A DNA stretch of 64,000 nt from Malacoraja senta. Lineage: Eukaryota. Every line of letters starts with the position of its first letter. Position 1 is the stretch's first letter. A program made the position numbers and the translations under genes. Positions 12,843 through 25,746 of the stretch are shown here, piece by piece. The notes under the pieces were generated by a model that saw nothing but the letters and a program-made list of their open reading frames with translations, searched no databases and was not told the DNA's origin. Location of the stretch: assembly GCA_038087875.1 (NCBI GenBank), contig CM075996.1, positions 6,512,001-6,576,000 of the forward strand, read 5' to 3'.

Positions 12843-13093
12843 AAGGGTATAGCTCAGTGGTAGAACATTTATTTTAAATATTTCTATTAGAAGCATATGT
12901 GCAAATAATAGTGAGCAACAACTTAATTACAAATTTCTTACATAGCTTCAATGTTTTTTTGTAAAGAGTAAAGATAAAGGGAGAAAAAGATGACAGAAAG
13001 TGATAGAGAGAGAGGAGGAAGAGAAAGGAAAAAGAAGCGGTAGAACATTTGACTGCAGATCGAGAGGTGCCGGTTCAAATCCAGGCGCCCCCT
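12843..13093 (+). pseudogene. tRNA-Cys(GCA) pseudogene interrupted by a 165-bp insertion
   Basis: 5' half AAGGGTATAGCTCAGTGGTAGAACATTT (12843-12870); 3' half AGCGGTAGAACATTTGACTGCAGATCGAGAGGTGCCGGTTCAAATCCAGGCGCCCCCT (13036-13093); matches the vertebrate tRNA-Cys-GCA consensus. Confidence 0.85.
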
Positions 13094-13148
13094 TCAAAAT
13101 TTGAGCAGTGGGCTTGTTGGTCGAGGGGTCCGATTGTGGTATGGAGGT

Positions 13149-13230
13149 GGCTCCGTGGCGTAATGAGTAGAGCATTGGACTTCTAGTGGAACCATTCAAA
13201 GGTTCAGGGGTTGAGTCCCTGCAGGAGTTG
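13149..13230 (+). pseudogene. Degenerate intron-containing tRNA-Arg(TCT)
   Basis: GGCTCCGTGGCGTAATGAGTAGAGCATTGGACTTCTA-gtggaacc-ATTCAAAGGTTCAGGGGTTGAGTCCCTGCAGGAGTTG matches tRNA-Arg-TCT with a short intron; D loop and T loop are mutated. Confidence 0.8.
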
Positions 13231-13263
13231 AGTTCTTTTGGCGCCAGAGACCAAGCAACCTAC

Positions 13264-13383
13264 CTGACCGAGATGGAGAACTCGTTCTTGGCGCTCTGAC
13301 TGGCCCTGATGAGGAACGATCCGACATCTTGCTCCAAAAGAATGCACTCCGCTTCATTCCGTGCGGTCCCAGCGTGGTACCAG
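13264..13383 (-). CDS. GRAP2: GRAP2 coding exon 3 (SH2, first half)
   Basis: aaaacag|(S)WYHAGTARNEAECILLEQDVGSFLIRASQSAKNEFSISV(R)|gtaggt; 120 nt, phase 2 to 2; FLIRAS SH2 signature; in frame with both neighbouring exons. Confidence 0.95.
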
Positions 13384-13714
13384 CTGTTTTGAGAAAATTG
13401 TGTTAAGATGCCTTCACTCATTCAGATGAAAGTTCCCCACATCCCCGATGACTGTTCAACTCCACCGCAAACCAGCAACTCCACTGTCTGGCCTGGTAGA
13501 TGAAGATTACACAGTTACACGGCACAGTATATGAAGAAGGATATCGGTCAGAAACGTCACCCGTTCCTTCTATCCAGAGTCTCAGTCTGAAGAAGGGTCT
13601 CGACCCGAAACGTCACCCATTCCTTCTCTCCAGAGATGCTGCCTGTCCCGTTGAGTTACTCCAGCTTTTTGTGTCTACGGTTTAAACCAGCATCTGCATT
13701 TCCTTCCTACAACA

Positions 13715-14680
13715 GTATATTAATGATGTGGATGAGGGGATCGAAGGCTTTGTGGCCAAGTTTGCGGAGGGTACGAAAATAGGTGGAGGGGCAGGTAGTG
13801 CAGAGAAAGCAGGGGCTCTGCGGTAGGACTTGGATGGGTTGGGAGAGTGGGCAGAGAAGTGGCAGATGGAATATAGTGGAGCAAAGTATGGAGTAATGTA
13901 TTTTGGTAGTAGGAATAAAGGCGTAGACTTTTCTAAATGGGGAGAGAATCCAGAAATCAGAGGTGCAAAGGGACTTGGGAGTGTTGGTGCAGGATTCCCA
14001 ATGTGTTAATCTGCAAGTCGAATCGGTAGATAAGAAGGCAAACGCAATGCGAGCATTTATTTCAAGAGGGCTAGACTACAAAAAACAGGGATGTAATGCT
14101 GAGGCTCAATAAGGCGCTGGTCAGGCCTCAGTTGGAGGATTGTGAGCAATTTTGGGCAACATATCTGAGGAAGGATGTGCTGGCTCTGGAAAGGATCCAG
14201 ATGAGGTTTACAAGAATGTTCCCAGGCATGAGTGGATGAACATAAGATGAGCGTTTGATGGCACTGGGCCTGTTCTCTGGAGATTAGAAGAATGAGGGGG
14301 GGACCCTCATTGAAGCTTACTGAATAGTGAAAGGCCTAGATAGGGAGAATGTTTCCAACAGTGGGAGAGTCTGGGACCAGAGGCCACAGCCTCAGAATAA
14401 AGGGACATACCTTTCGAAAGGAGATGAGGAGGGATTTCGTTAGTCAGATGGTGGTGAATCTGTGGAATTCATTGCCACAGACAGCTGTGGAGGCCGTCAT
14501 TGGGTATTATTAAAGCAGAGATTGACAGGTTTTTGATTAGTACGGGTGTCAGGAGTTACGGGGAGATGGCAGGAGAATGGTGTTGAGGGAAGAATAGATC
14601 AGCCATGATTGAATGGTGGAGTAAACTCAATGAGCCAAATGGCCCTAATTCTGCTCCTGTCTCTCATGAACATGAACTTT
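13715..14680 (+). mobile_element. CR1 LINE fragment, diverged
   Basis: YINDVDEG..GFVAKFA.GTKIGG-like RT remnant through the CR1 3' UTR. Confidence 0.85.
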
Positions 14681-14844
14681 CAGTCCATTGTATCCCTGCT
14701 GTTTTTTTCTTTTAATGAGATCCTTCGATTAGTCTGAAGAAGGGTCCTGACCCAAACGTCACCTATCCACGTTCTCCAGAGTTGGTGCCTAACCCGCTGA
14801 GTGAGTCACTCCAGCACTTTGTGTCTTTCCTTCAGTTAGTCTTA

Positions 14845-15164
14845 AACCCCTGTCCCACGGTACGAGTTCATTCCAAGAGTTCTCCCGAGTTTGCCCTGAT
14901 TCAAACTCGGAGATTTACGGTAATGGCCACTCGTCGGTACTCGGGGCTCTCGTGGACATTTTTCATCATGTTGAAAAATCTTCACGAGTCTTCCCGTGCT
15001 TACCTGCCATTAGCGAGTCTTCCCGAGTACCTGCCGTTAGCGCTAAGAGACGTCCCCGAGCTCCGACGTACCCGCTACGTTCATTCTCCGTGCTTACCAC
15101 GAGTTTGATTTTTTTTAAACTCGGGAGAGCTCTTGGAATGAACTCGTACCGTGGGACAGGGCTA
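14845..15164. mobile_element. Harbinger-type MITE, family 2
   Basis: CCCTGTCCCACGGTACGAGTTCATTCCAAGAG TIRs, TTA duplication; the same family occurs inverted at 34111-34441. Confidence 0.85.
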
Positions 15165-15729
15165 TTACACTTTGACTCATTCCCCACAGCTTCAGAACTT
15201 TTAATTCTCCATAAGTATTTATCCAGTTCCCTGAGCAAAAGATAAACTGCTGGAGGGACTCAATCTGAGAGCTGGGTAAATGCACAGAGTCTTTTACCCA
15301 GGGTTGAGGAATCAAAAACCAGGGGTCATAGGATTAAGATGAGAGGGTACATATTTAATAGGAACCTTAATGGCAGTTCTTTATACCAAGGGTGGTGGGT
15401 GAATGGAACGAGCTGCTAGAGGAGGTAGATGAGGCAGGTACTGGAACAACATTTCAAAATGCATTTGGGCAGGTGCATGGATAGGAAAGGTTTAGAGGGA
15501 GAATATAGAAACAAGGAACTGCAGATGCTGGTTTACACAAAAGGACACAAAGTGCTGGAATAACTCAGCGAGTCAAGCAGCATCTCTTGAGAACATGGAT
15601 AGGTGACGTTTCGGGTCGGCCATTTTGGACTGAGATTAGGAACAACTTTTTCACCCAGAGAGTTCCCAGGAATGAGTTGGTTAACATGCGATTAGCGTTT
15701 GACTGAGCTCGCTGGAGTTTGGAAGGATT

Positions 15730-16185
15730 CGATGCTGAGAGAATGGAGCGGCTGGGCTTGTACAGACTGGAGTTTAGAAGGATGAGAGGGAAACTTATTC
15801 AAACATGTAAGATTATTAAGGGTTTGGACACGCCAGAGGCAGGAAACATGTTCCCGATGTTGGGGGTGTCCAGAACCAGGGGTCACACAGTTTAAGAATA
15901 AGGGGTCGGCCATTTAGGACTGAGATGAGGAAAAACTTTTTCCACCCAGAGAGTTGTGAGTCTGTGGAATTCTCTGCCTCAGAGGGCGGTGGAGGCCGGT
16001 TCTCTGGATGCTTTCAAGAGAGAGCTAGATGGGGCTCTTAAAGATAGCGGAGTCAGGGGATATGGGGAGAAGGCAGGAACGGGGTACTGATTGGGGATGA
16101 TCAGCCATGATCACATTGAATGGCGGTGCTGGCTCGAAGGGCTGAATGGCCTACTCCTGTACCTTTTGTCTATTGTCTATTGTAG
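15730..16185 (+). mobile_element. CR1 LINE 3' fragment
   Basis: Same family as 455-1430, in the opposite orientation. Confidence 0.85.
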
Positions 16186-16837
16186 ACAAAAGTGCTGGAG
16201 AAACTCAGCGGGTGCAGCAGCATCTATGGAGCGAAGGAAATAGGCAACGTTTCGGGCCGAAACCCTTCTTCACACTGGTCTATTGTCTATTGTCTATTTA
16301 GACTGAAGAAGGAGGGTCCCGCCCAAAATTGTCACCCATCCAGATTATTTAGAGATGCCGCAGTAACCTGCTGAGTTACTCCAGCCCTTTGTGACTATTT
16401 TTGGTATAAACCAGCATCTGCAGTTCTTTGTGTCTCATTCTAAACTAAGGTGCTGCTTGACCTGTTGAGGTCCTGTGTGCGAGGTTACCTAAAATTGGAG
16501 AATTCACAGTTGATACCGTTAGGCTGTGAGCTACCCAAGCGGAATATGAGGTCATTTACTTTAGACTTTGGAGATACTGGGCGGAAACAGGGCCTTTGGC
16601 TCACTGACTGAGCCCATGTCAACCAGCGATCACCTCGTACAGTAACACTATCCTACACACTCGGGACAACTGACCTACAAACCTGTAGGTGTTTGGATTG
16701 TGGGAGCACTCGGAGAAAACCCACGCGGGCCACGGGAAGAACGTACAAACTGGAGTAACTGTGCAGAGGGCACGCGAGGTCAGGATGGGACCCGGTTCTC
16801 GACCGCTGGGCCACCGTGCCACCCCCGAAGCGAATAT

Positions 16838-16910
16838 GGCCCAACATGGGTCTCGAACCCACGACCCTGACATTAAGGGTCACATGCTCTAGCGGCTGAG
16901 CCAGCCGGGG
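16838..16910 (-). pseudogene. Degenerate tRNA-Lys(CTT)
   Basis: Reverse complement CCCCGGCTGGCTCAGCCGCTAGAGCATGTGACCCTTAATGTCAGGGTCGTGGGTTCGAGACCCATGTTGGGCC resembles tRNA-Lys-CTT; anticodon stem mispaired. Confidence 0.8.
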
Positions 16911-17044
16911 GCTGTTCCTCCAGTTTGCCTGTGGTCTCACTCTGGCAATGGAGGTGGCCCAGGACAGGAAGGTCAGTGTGGGAATGAGGAAGGGGAGTTA
17001 AAATGTCAATGGTGGTTTATTTCCGGAGTCATTACTTCTGTTCA

Positions 17045-17236
<192 letters not shown>

Positions 17237-18624
17237 TCAAAGCTCCCATCTACCTCCTGCCTGGACAGAGAGCGACGAGAACACACATATGAATTAGCAG
17301 CGAGACATCTCTTCCCCTCTCAAGCCCGGCCCTCCGTTCTTGTATAGGAAGGAACTGCAGATGCTGGTTTATACCGAAGATAGACACAAAAAGCTGGGGA
17401 AACTCAGCTTCTCTGGAGAGAAGGAATGGGTGACGTTTCGGGTCGAGACCCTTCTTCAGACTTGTGTCTATCTCCATTCTTGTAGTCTGGAATGGACATC
17501 AGTATCCCGACCTGAAACGCCACCTGTCCATGTTCTCCAGAGAAGCTTTAGACTTTACTTTAGACTAGCGAGGGACAACGTGAAAACAGACCGTTCGGCC
17601 CACCAAGTCCGCGCCGACCAGCGATCGCCCCGTACACTAGCACTATCCATAGACACACTTGGGACAATTTACAATTTTACTGAAGCTAATTAACCTACAA
17701 CCCTGTGAAATGTGGGAGGAAAGCGAAGTACCAGAAGAAATCCCACGCAGTCACAGGGAGAAGGTACAGTCAGCATGTGTGAATGGATAGTGTGCTTCCC
17801 TGGACATACTTGGGCATGTGATTCAAAGCCCGGACACACTTTAGAGGCAGGTAAATGTGAGGTTAGAGGGAGACAAATTGGGGAGCGCAACCAAAGAGCC
17901 AGCAGAGACACTGTGGGCCGAATGGCCTTCTGTGAAGGATCTTCACCTCGGAGAGGTTCTGTGAATTCTCGAGATGCACTTCCCTTGTGTGTGGTTCATG
18001 AACAGACCGCTGTGAGAAAGATCTAGGTGACTTATTCCACACAAAGGGTGATGGGTGTATGGAACGAGCTGCCAGATGAGGTAGTTGAGGCAGGGACTCT
18101 CGCAACGTTTAAGGAACATTTAGATAGTTACCTGGATCGGACAGGTTTTAAGGGACAGGTGGGACTAGTGTGGATGGGACATGCTGGCCGGTGTGGGAAA
18201 GTTGGGCCAAAGGGCCTGTTTCTGCTGTGTGACTCTGTGAAGATCTGAGACTCTTTAGCTGCAGCTGGTGGCCACAGAGAGAGGTTTGGTTTCCTCGCAG
18301 CGCACCACACCTGCGCTGCCTCAAAGGGTACGCCAGCCTTCAGCTCTGCTCACCAAAACCCTTCTGCTCCTCTCCCTGCTTCCTGACACCATCTGATAGC
18401 AGAGCAACCGACAAAACACTCCCTCTTATCTCACCTCTCATCTCTGACAGCCCGTACACAACCGTCGCTACCTGAGTTGGAAGCTTCTCACCTCGGCTGC
18501 AAGAATTAGTCCCCAACTCTGGGCAACGCCTTTTAGTTTCTGTTATCCCGAGATGGGAGCAATACTGGCACAGGCTGGGTTTAACCTGACATCAGACCCA
18601 TGGCTCATCAAAGATGACCTGTCT

Positions 18625-19365
18625 TTAGTTTAGTTAAATTCAGTTTAGTTTAGTTTAGTTTAGTTTAGTTCAGTTTAGTAAAGTTTAGTTGACTTTAGTT
18701 TAGTTTAGTTTAATTCGTATAGTTTCATTTAGTTTCATTTAGTTTTGTTTAGTTTTGTTTAGTTCAGTTTAGTTCAGTTTAGTTCAGTTTAGTTCAGTAT
18801 AGTTTAGTTTAGGTTAGTTTCATCTAGTTCAGTTCAGTTTAGTTTAGTACAGTTTAGTACAGTATAGTTTAGTATAGTTTCGTTCAGTATAGTTTCATTT
18901 AGTTTCATTTAGTTTTGTTTAGTTTTGTTTAGTTCAGTTTAGTTCAGTTTAGTACAGTATAGTTCAGTTCAGTTTAATTTAGTACAGTTTAGTTCAGTTC
19001 AGTTTAGTTTCATTTAGTTTAATTCAGTTTCATTTAGTTTAGTTCATTAACTAATTCAGTTTAATTCAGTTTAAATCAGTTTAATTCAGTTTAAATCAGT
19101 TTAATTCAGTTTAGTTCAGTTTAGTTCAGTTTAGTTCAGTTTAGTTCAGTTCAGTTCAGTTTAGTACAGTTTAGTTTAGTTCAGTATAGTTTAGTTTCAT
19201 TTAGTTTAGTTTCATTTAGTTTAGCTTAGTTGAGATCAGCTCAGTCACATTTTGTTTAGTCACGTTTAATTTAGTTACATTTAATTTAGTCATGTTTAGA
19301 TTAGTTTAATTACTTTTAGTTTAGTTACATTTAGTTTAGCTTAGTTACATTTAGTTTCGTTCAGT
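18625..19365. repeat. Degenerate (TTTAG/TTCAG)n pentanucleotide array
   Basis: Directly visible; same unit as the SINE/LINE 3' tails. Confidence 0.95.
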
Positions 19366-19799
19366 CACATGTACTGAGGTACAGTGAAAAGCTTTTGCCT
19401 GCAGGCTATCCAGTAAAAAAAAAAAATGTATACATGATTATAATAAAGCCATCTAGAGTGCACAGATAAAGGATAAAGTTTAGTGTAGTTTAGAGGTACT
19501 ACGTGGAAACAGGCCCTTCTGCCCATCCATTCTGCCCCGACCAGCAATCACCCGTTCACACTAGTTCCAACCTACACACTAGGGACAATTTACAGAAGGC
19601 AATTAACCGACAAATGTGCATGTCTTTGGAATGTGGGAGGAAACCAGAGCCATGGAGAAAACCCACGCAGTCAAGAGAGTTTTATTGTCATGTGTCCCAG
19701 ATGGAACAATGAAATTCTTACTTGCTGCAGCACAACAGAATATGTAAACATAGTACACTGTGAACAATATGATAAACGAGAGAGAAGAAAAAATGTTCA

Positions 19800-19893
19800 G
19801 TGTGTTTGTGTATATACATATATATATATACTCATACTCATATACACATACTCATAAGTACACACACACACATATATATATACAATATATTTA

Positions 19894-19928
<35 letters not shown>

Positions 19929-19959
19929 CATATATATATACAATATATTTATATATATA

Positions 19960-20036
<77 letters not shown>

Positions 20037-20060
20037 TACATATACATATATATATATATC
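19800..20060. repeat. (TA)n/(CA)n microsatellite
   Basis: Directly visible. Confidence 0.95.
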
Positions 20061-21834
20061 TCTGGAGAACATGGATAGGTTACGTTTTGGTTCGGGACCC
20101 TTCATCTGACCCGAAACATTACCTATCCACGTTGTCCAGAGATGCTGCCTGACCTGCTGAGTTACTCCAGCATTTTGTGTCTTTTTTATGTGTTAGGGTT
20201 GGTTTGATCAAGAGGACATCCTGTCTCACTGAATGTGAAAATGAAATGACTTCTCACGCTATCATGGTTCGCAGAACTCATTACTTGCAGCTTGATGTAG
20301 CTGTGCACATACTGGGTGTGGCATGTCCTTACATTGGCCAGGAGCATTTTGTAATGTTAGTTTAGTTTCATATAGTTTAGTATTAGTTTAGTTTAGAATA
20401 GGTTAGTTTAGTACAGTTTAGTATAGTTTTAGTTTAGTTTAGTTTATTTTCAGTTTACTTTAGTTTAGTATTTAGTATAGTATTGTTTTACGTTATTAAA
20501 GTTTAGTTCAGTTTATTTTTGTTTAGTTTGGTGGTACAGGGCGGAATGAGGCCCTTCGGCCCATCGTGTGTCCACGCCGACCAGGAATCCATGTACACTA
20601 GCACTATCCTACACACTGGGGACAATTTACAATCTTTACCAGAGCCAATTAACCTACAAACCTGTATGTCTTTGGAGTGTGGGAGCTAACCGGAGCACCC
20701 GTTGCTGTGAAAGACATGACACTGTGTGGCCACATGTACGGTACAGTGGCGCAGCGGTAGAGTCGCTGCCTTACAGAGTGGGTTCGATCCCGACTGTACG
20801 GAGTTTGCAGCTTCTCCCCGTGACCGCGTGGGTTTTCCCCGCGTGCTCCGGTTTCCCCCCACATTCCAAAGACGTGCGAGTTTGTAGGTTAATTGCCTTC
20901 TGTGAATTGTTCCTAGCCCGTAGGATAGAACTGGTGTACGGGTGATCGCTGGTGAGCCAAAGGGCTTGTTTCCGCGTCGTATCTCCGAAGAAAGGCTAAA
21001 CTAAAGGTGCATGTGCCTGCACAAACACGTGGTCACAAATGTGACAAACACATGCACAAACATGTGGAAATACGTTGATGTACACAAACACGCAGAGCAT
21101 AAGACCTCATGATCTTATACACCTTGAAAAGATCACCCTTCAAGTCTAAGCCTGCCCAACTTCTCCCTATAGCTCATGCCCTCGAGTCCTGGCAATCTCG
21201 CTGTAAATTATCTCTACACTGAATCTAACCCTTTACACCTCTGGGGGCGGTGAACTTAGGGGTGAATTAGATTTGGAGCAAAGTCAGGGAAAGGAGAAAC
21301 TAGAAACTGCAGATGCTGGTTTACGAAATAAAAGAAGCAAATTGCTGGAGTAACTGGACGAGTCAGGCTGCTTCTCTGCAGAACCTGGAGAGGTGACGCT
21401 TCTGGGCGGGACCCGTTCTTCAGCGAAAGGGATGGCTTTGTTTGAATTAGTTTAGTTTAGTGAGAAGCTTTTTGTTGCGAGCTATCCAGTCAACGGAAAG
21501 ACTATACACGATTAAAATCGAGCCGTCCACATTGTACAGATACAGGATAAAGGGAATGACATTTAGTGCAAGATAAAGTCCAGTAAAGTCTGATTAAAGA
21601 TAGTCCGAGGCGGAATGGTACCATTCAGCGCCGCCGTTTCGGCGCCTCCGTTTCGGGGTGTTAGAGTTAGGGTTAGGGTATGGGTTAGGATTAGGGTTAG
21701 GGTGCCACAGCGGTGGGCCAGTGGAAACCAATTTCCAAACTTGTTAACATAGAGGTGATCTCACTTGCAATATCCTTGGCATAGGAACTTCTTGCAGAGG
21801 GTGATGAATGTCTGGAATTCACTATCCCAGAGTA

Positions 21835-22365
21835 TTGAGGACATTATTGCCATAGAGGGAGTGCAGAGAAGGTTCACCAGACTGATTCCTGGGATGTCAG
21901 GACTGTCTTATGAAGAAAGACTGGATAGACTTGGTTTATACTCACTAGAATTTAGGAGATTGAGAGGGGATCTTATAGAAACTTACAAAATTCTTAAGGG
22001 GTTGGACAGGCTAGATGCAGGAAGATTGCTCCCGATGTTGGGGAAGTCCAGGACAAGGGGTCACAGCTTAAGGATAAGGGGGAAATCCTTTAAAACCGAG
22101 ATGAGAAGAACTTTTTTCACACAGAGAGTGGTGAATCTCTGGAACTCTCTGCCACAGAGGGTAGTCGAGGCCAGTTCATTGGCTATATTTAAGAGGGAGC
22201 TAGATGTGGCCCTTGTGGCTAAAGGGATCAGAGGGTATGGAGAGAAGGCAGGTACGGGATACTGAGTTGGATGATCAGCCATGATCATATTGAATGGCGG
22301 TGCAGGCTCGAAGGGCCGAATGGCCTACTCCTGCACCTAATTTCTATGTTTCTATGTTTCTATGA
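21835..22365 (+). mobile_element. CR1 LINE 3' fragment
   Basis: AIEGVQRRFTRLIPGMSGLSYEERLDRLGLYSLEFRRLRGDLIETYKIL; (TTTCTATG)n tail. Confidence 0.92.
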
Positions 22366-24769
22366 GACGCATGGAACACTTTTATTTATCTGGAGGTATT
22401 TACAGAGGTTAGGGTTAGGGTTAGGGTTAGGTAAAAAGGTGGCACAGTGGCGCCAGAGACCCGGATCGATCCTAACTGCGGGCACTGTCTGTACGGAGTT
22501 TGTATGTTCTCCCTGTGACCTCGTGGGTTTTCTCCAGGCGCTCCGGTTTCCACCGACACTCCAAAGATGTACAGGTTTGTAAACCTGTTTGTAAAATTGG
22601 CTTCTGTAAATGGTAACTTGTCCCTAGTGTGTAAGATAGTACTGGTGTACAGGGTCATCGCTGGTCGGCACGGACCTGATGGGCCAAATGGTCTGTTTCT
22701 ATGTTGTATCTCTAACATCTAAAGTCTAAATCTGGAGGCACGGATTATCCAGCTTCTGTACCTCTTGCCTGATGGTTGTGGGGAGACGAGGGAGTGACCG
22801 GGGTCCTTGATTATGCTTGCTGGCCTTGCCGAGGCAGCGTGAGGTGTAGATGGAATCAATGGTTAGATTGGAGGTTAGATTTTGTGTGATACTTCGCACT
22901 TGTGCAGTGCTGGGGATGGCGAGTTCAAATTCCCCTCCGCGCACACCAAAAGGGACCCACCGCCTGCCGAGGAGCCTCCTGGAGCGACCTACGTGTCTCA
23001 CTCTGAGTGCGCACAGAGGTTCGAGTGGCCACCACTGTGGAAATGTGGTGCAAGTTTCATGCATTGCTAAATGCACTTTGCTGGTGCCTGTGCATCTCCG
23101 CACAGTTTGCAATATTTCTGCAACCTCGAAATGACCTGAAACATCAGCTCTGCCTCTCTTTGCCCCACCTGTGAACGTTTACAATGTCTCCTGTCTCCAG
23201 ATTTCCCAGCAATTGCACCTGAACTTGGTTTCAATTGGAACGACTCCCAGAGGAACAGGCCCGCAATGAACCACCGAAGGCAAGTGAGCGGCTTCCACTC
23301 ACGTGCTACGAAGGGGCCGTCGAACTGCAACCCATTGTGGTTCAGAGCCACAGACAGCTTCACTTTAGACTTCAGAGATACAGCACGGAAACAGGCCCCT
23401 TTGGCCGCGCCGACCAGCGATCACCCTGCACACTAGCACCATCTTACGTAAGCACACTGGGGACAATTTACAGAAGCCGATTAGCCGACAAACCCGCACG
23501 TCTTTGGTGTGTGGGGGGAAACCGGGGCTCCCGGAGAAAACCCACGCCGTCACAGGGAGAACAGGTGCAAACTCCGTACAGACAGCACCCGTAGTCAGGA
23601 TCGAACTCGGGCCTCCGGCGCTGTGAGGCAGCAGCTCTACTGCTGCACCACCGTGTCGCCCCTTGTATGTGTAATGTATCTGAGATGCTTATCTAACTGT
23701 GCCTCACAGGCACCAGGGACACAGGTTCGATCCAAACCTCGGGTGCTGTCTGTGCGGAGTTTGCGTGTTCTGCTCGTGACCGCATGGGTTATCTCCCAGG
23801 TGATCCGGTTTCCTCCGGAATCCCAAAGACATGTGGTTTTGTAGGTTAATTGGCCCTCTGTAAATTGCCCCTACTGTGTAGGGATGAGAAAGTGGGATAA
23901 CATAGAACCAGTGTGAATGGGTGATCGACGGTCAGCGTGGACTCGGTGGGCCGAAGGGCCTGTTTCCACACTGTATCTCTAAACTAAACTAATGGAGATA
24001 GATCTTAATAGATAGGTAGGTACACAAAAGTGCTGGAGAAACTCAGCGGGTGCAGCATCATCTATGGAGCGAAGGAGATAGGCAACGTTTCAGCCGAAAC
24101 CCTTCTTCAGATCTTAGATAAGTGTTTATGTATAGTGATACGTAGTGGGCTCTATGCAAAAAAAATGTCACTGTAGATGGACACAAAATGCTGGAGTAAC
24201 TCAACGGGACAGGCAGCATCTCTGGATAGAAGGAATGGGTGGCGTTTCGGGTCGAGACCCCCTCTTCAGACTGAACCTATTCCTTTTCTCCAGAGATGCT
24301 GCCTGACCCACTGAGTTACTCCAGCATTTTGTGTCTATCTTCGGTGTAAAGCAGCATCTGCAGTTCCTTCCTACACAACCAGAGTTTCACTGTACCTCGG
24401 TACATGTGACAAATAAAGTAGCAAAGACCAGGGAAAAGGGATATGCTGCAACATCTCGGAGTGGAGGTGAGCCAGTGGGCATAATAGGGCCTGTTCCATC
24501 GTAGTGGTTGCATGCACACTGAGCAGATAAACCTCACTTTGTTTTGCAACACTTGATTTTTTTCATTGCAAGAAGTGAAACAGATAAAGAAGTAGAGTTA
24601 GTTTCTCAAGCATTTTGCAGAACGCGTTAAATAGGCCAATGTTCGCAGGTCACCAGCCTAAAGCACCAATGTGAACAAGAAACATTTCACTGCCTCCTGC
24701 CGCTGCTACCAAGTCGACCAATTTTTCAGTGATATAAAATACTAATAATTTTTAATCATTAAAATAATT

Positions 24770-25302
24770 GATAGACAGTAGACAATAGGTGCAGGAGTAG
24801 GCCATTTGGCCCTCCGAGCCAGCAACGCCATTCAATGTGATCATGGCTGATCATCCCCAATCAGTACCCCGTTCCTGCCTTCTCCCCATATCCCCTGACT
24901 CCGCTATCTTTAAGAGCCCTATCTAGCTCTCTCTTGAAAGCATCCAGAGAACCTGCCTCCACCGCCCTCTGAGGCGGAGAATTCCACAGACTCACCACTC
25001 TCTGTGAGAAAAAGTGTTTCCTCGTCTCCGTTCTAAAGGGCTTACTCCTTATTCTTAAACTGTGGCCCCTGGTTCTGGACTCCCCCAACATCGGGAACAT
25101 GTTTCCTGCCTCTAGCGTGTCCAAGCCCTTAACAATCTTATATGTTTCACTTAGATCCCCTCTCATCCTTCTAAACTCCAGCGTGTACAAGCCCAGCCGC
25201 TCCGTTCTCTCAGCATATGACAGTCCCACCATCCCGGGAATTAACCTTGTAAACCTACGCTGCACTCCCTCAATAGCAAGAATGTCCTTCCCCAAATTAG
25301 GG
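24770..25302 (-). mobile_element. CR1 LINE 3' fragment
   Basis: KDILAIEGVQRRFTRLIPGM...FFSQRVVSLWNS. Confidence 0.92.
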
Positions 25303-25417
25303 GAAGTTATTTTTAGTTTATGATTTTAGTTTATTTCAGTTTCCTTTCAAGATACATCGCGGAAACAGGCCCTTCGGCCCACCGTGTCTGCACCAACCAG
25401 CGTTCCCCGCATACTAA

Positions 25418-25746
25418 TGGGCCTGTCCCACTTGGCGATTTTTTTAGGCAACTGCCGGCGACTGCCATAGCCGTAGCAGGTCGCCGAAAAAACGGCGACA
25501 ACCTGCGTCATCCTGGCGACAACCTTCGACAGCACCTACGTCAGGAGGTCAAGCTACGCTCATTGGCGTCAAACCTTCTGTCGCCAAAAAATGTTGAACA
25601 TGTTGAAAATTTAGCGCCGACCAGAAAGACGCTACGAAGTTTTGCGCGACTGAGGAGACCACTCCCGGAGACCACCGGCGAACATGTGGCGACAAACTAT
25701 TCGCCTGTAGTTTCCTAAAAAAAATCGCCTAAGTGCGACAGGCCCA
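25418..25746. mobile_element. Harbinger MITE (deletion derivative of the 27106-32015 family)
   Basis: TGGGCCTGTCCCAC...GTGCGACAGGCCCA TIRs, TAA duplication, shared subterminal sequence. Confidence 0.85.

Noticed and set aside
18625..19365. Possible CRISPR-like or structured array
   Set aside because: Simple pentamer expansion with no unique spacers, in a eukaryotic context.
21660..22431. Short (TTAGGG)n runs at about 21660-21702 and 22408-22431
   Set aside because: Too short and degenerate for a chromosome-fusion scar; such runs are common in repeat ends.
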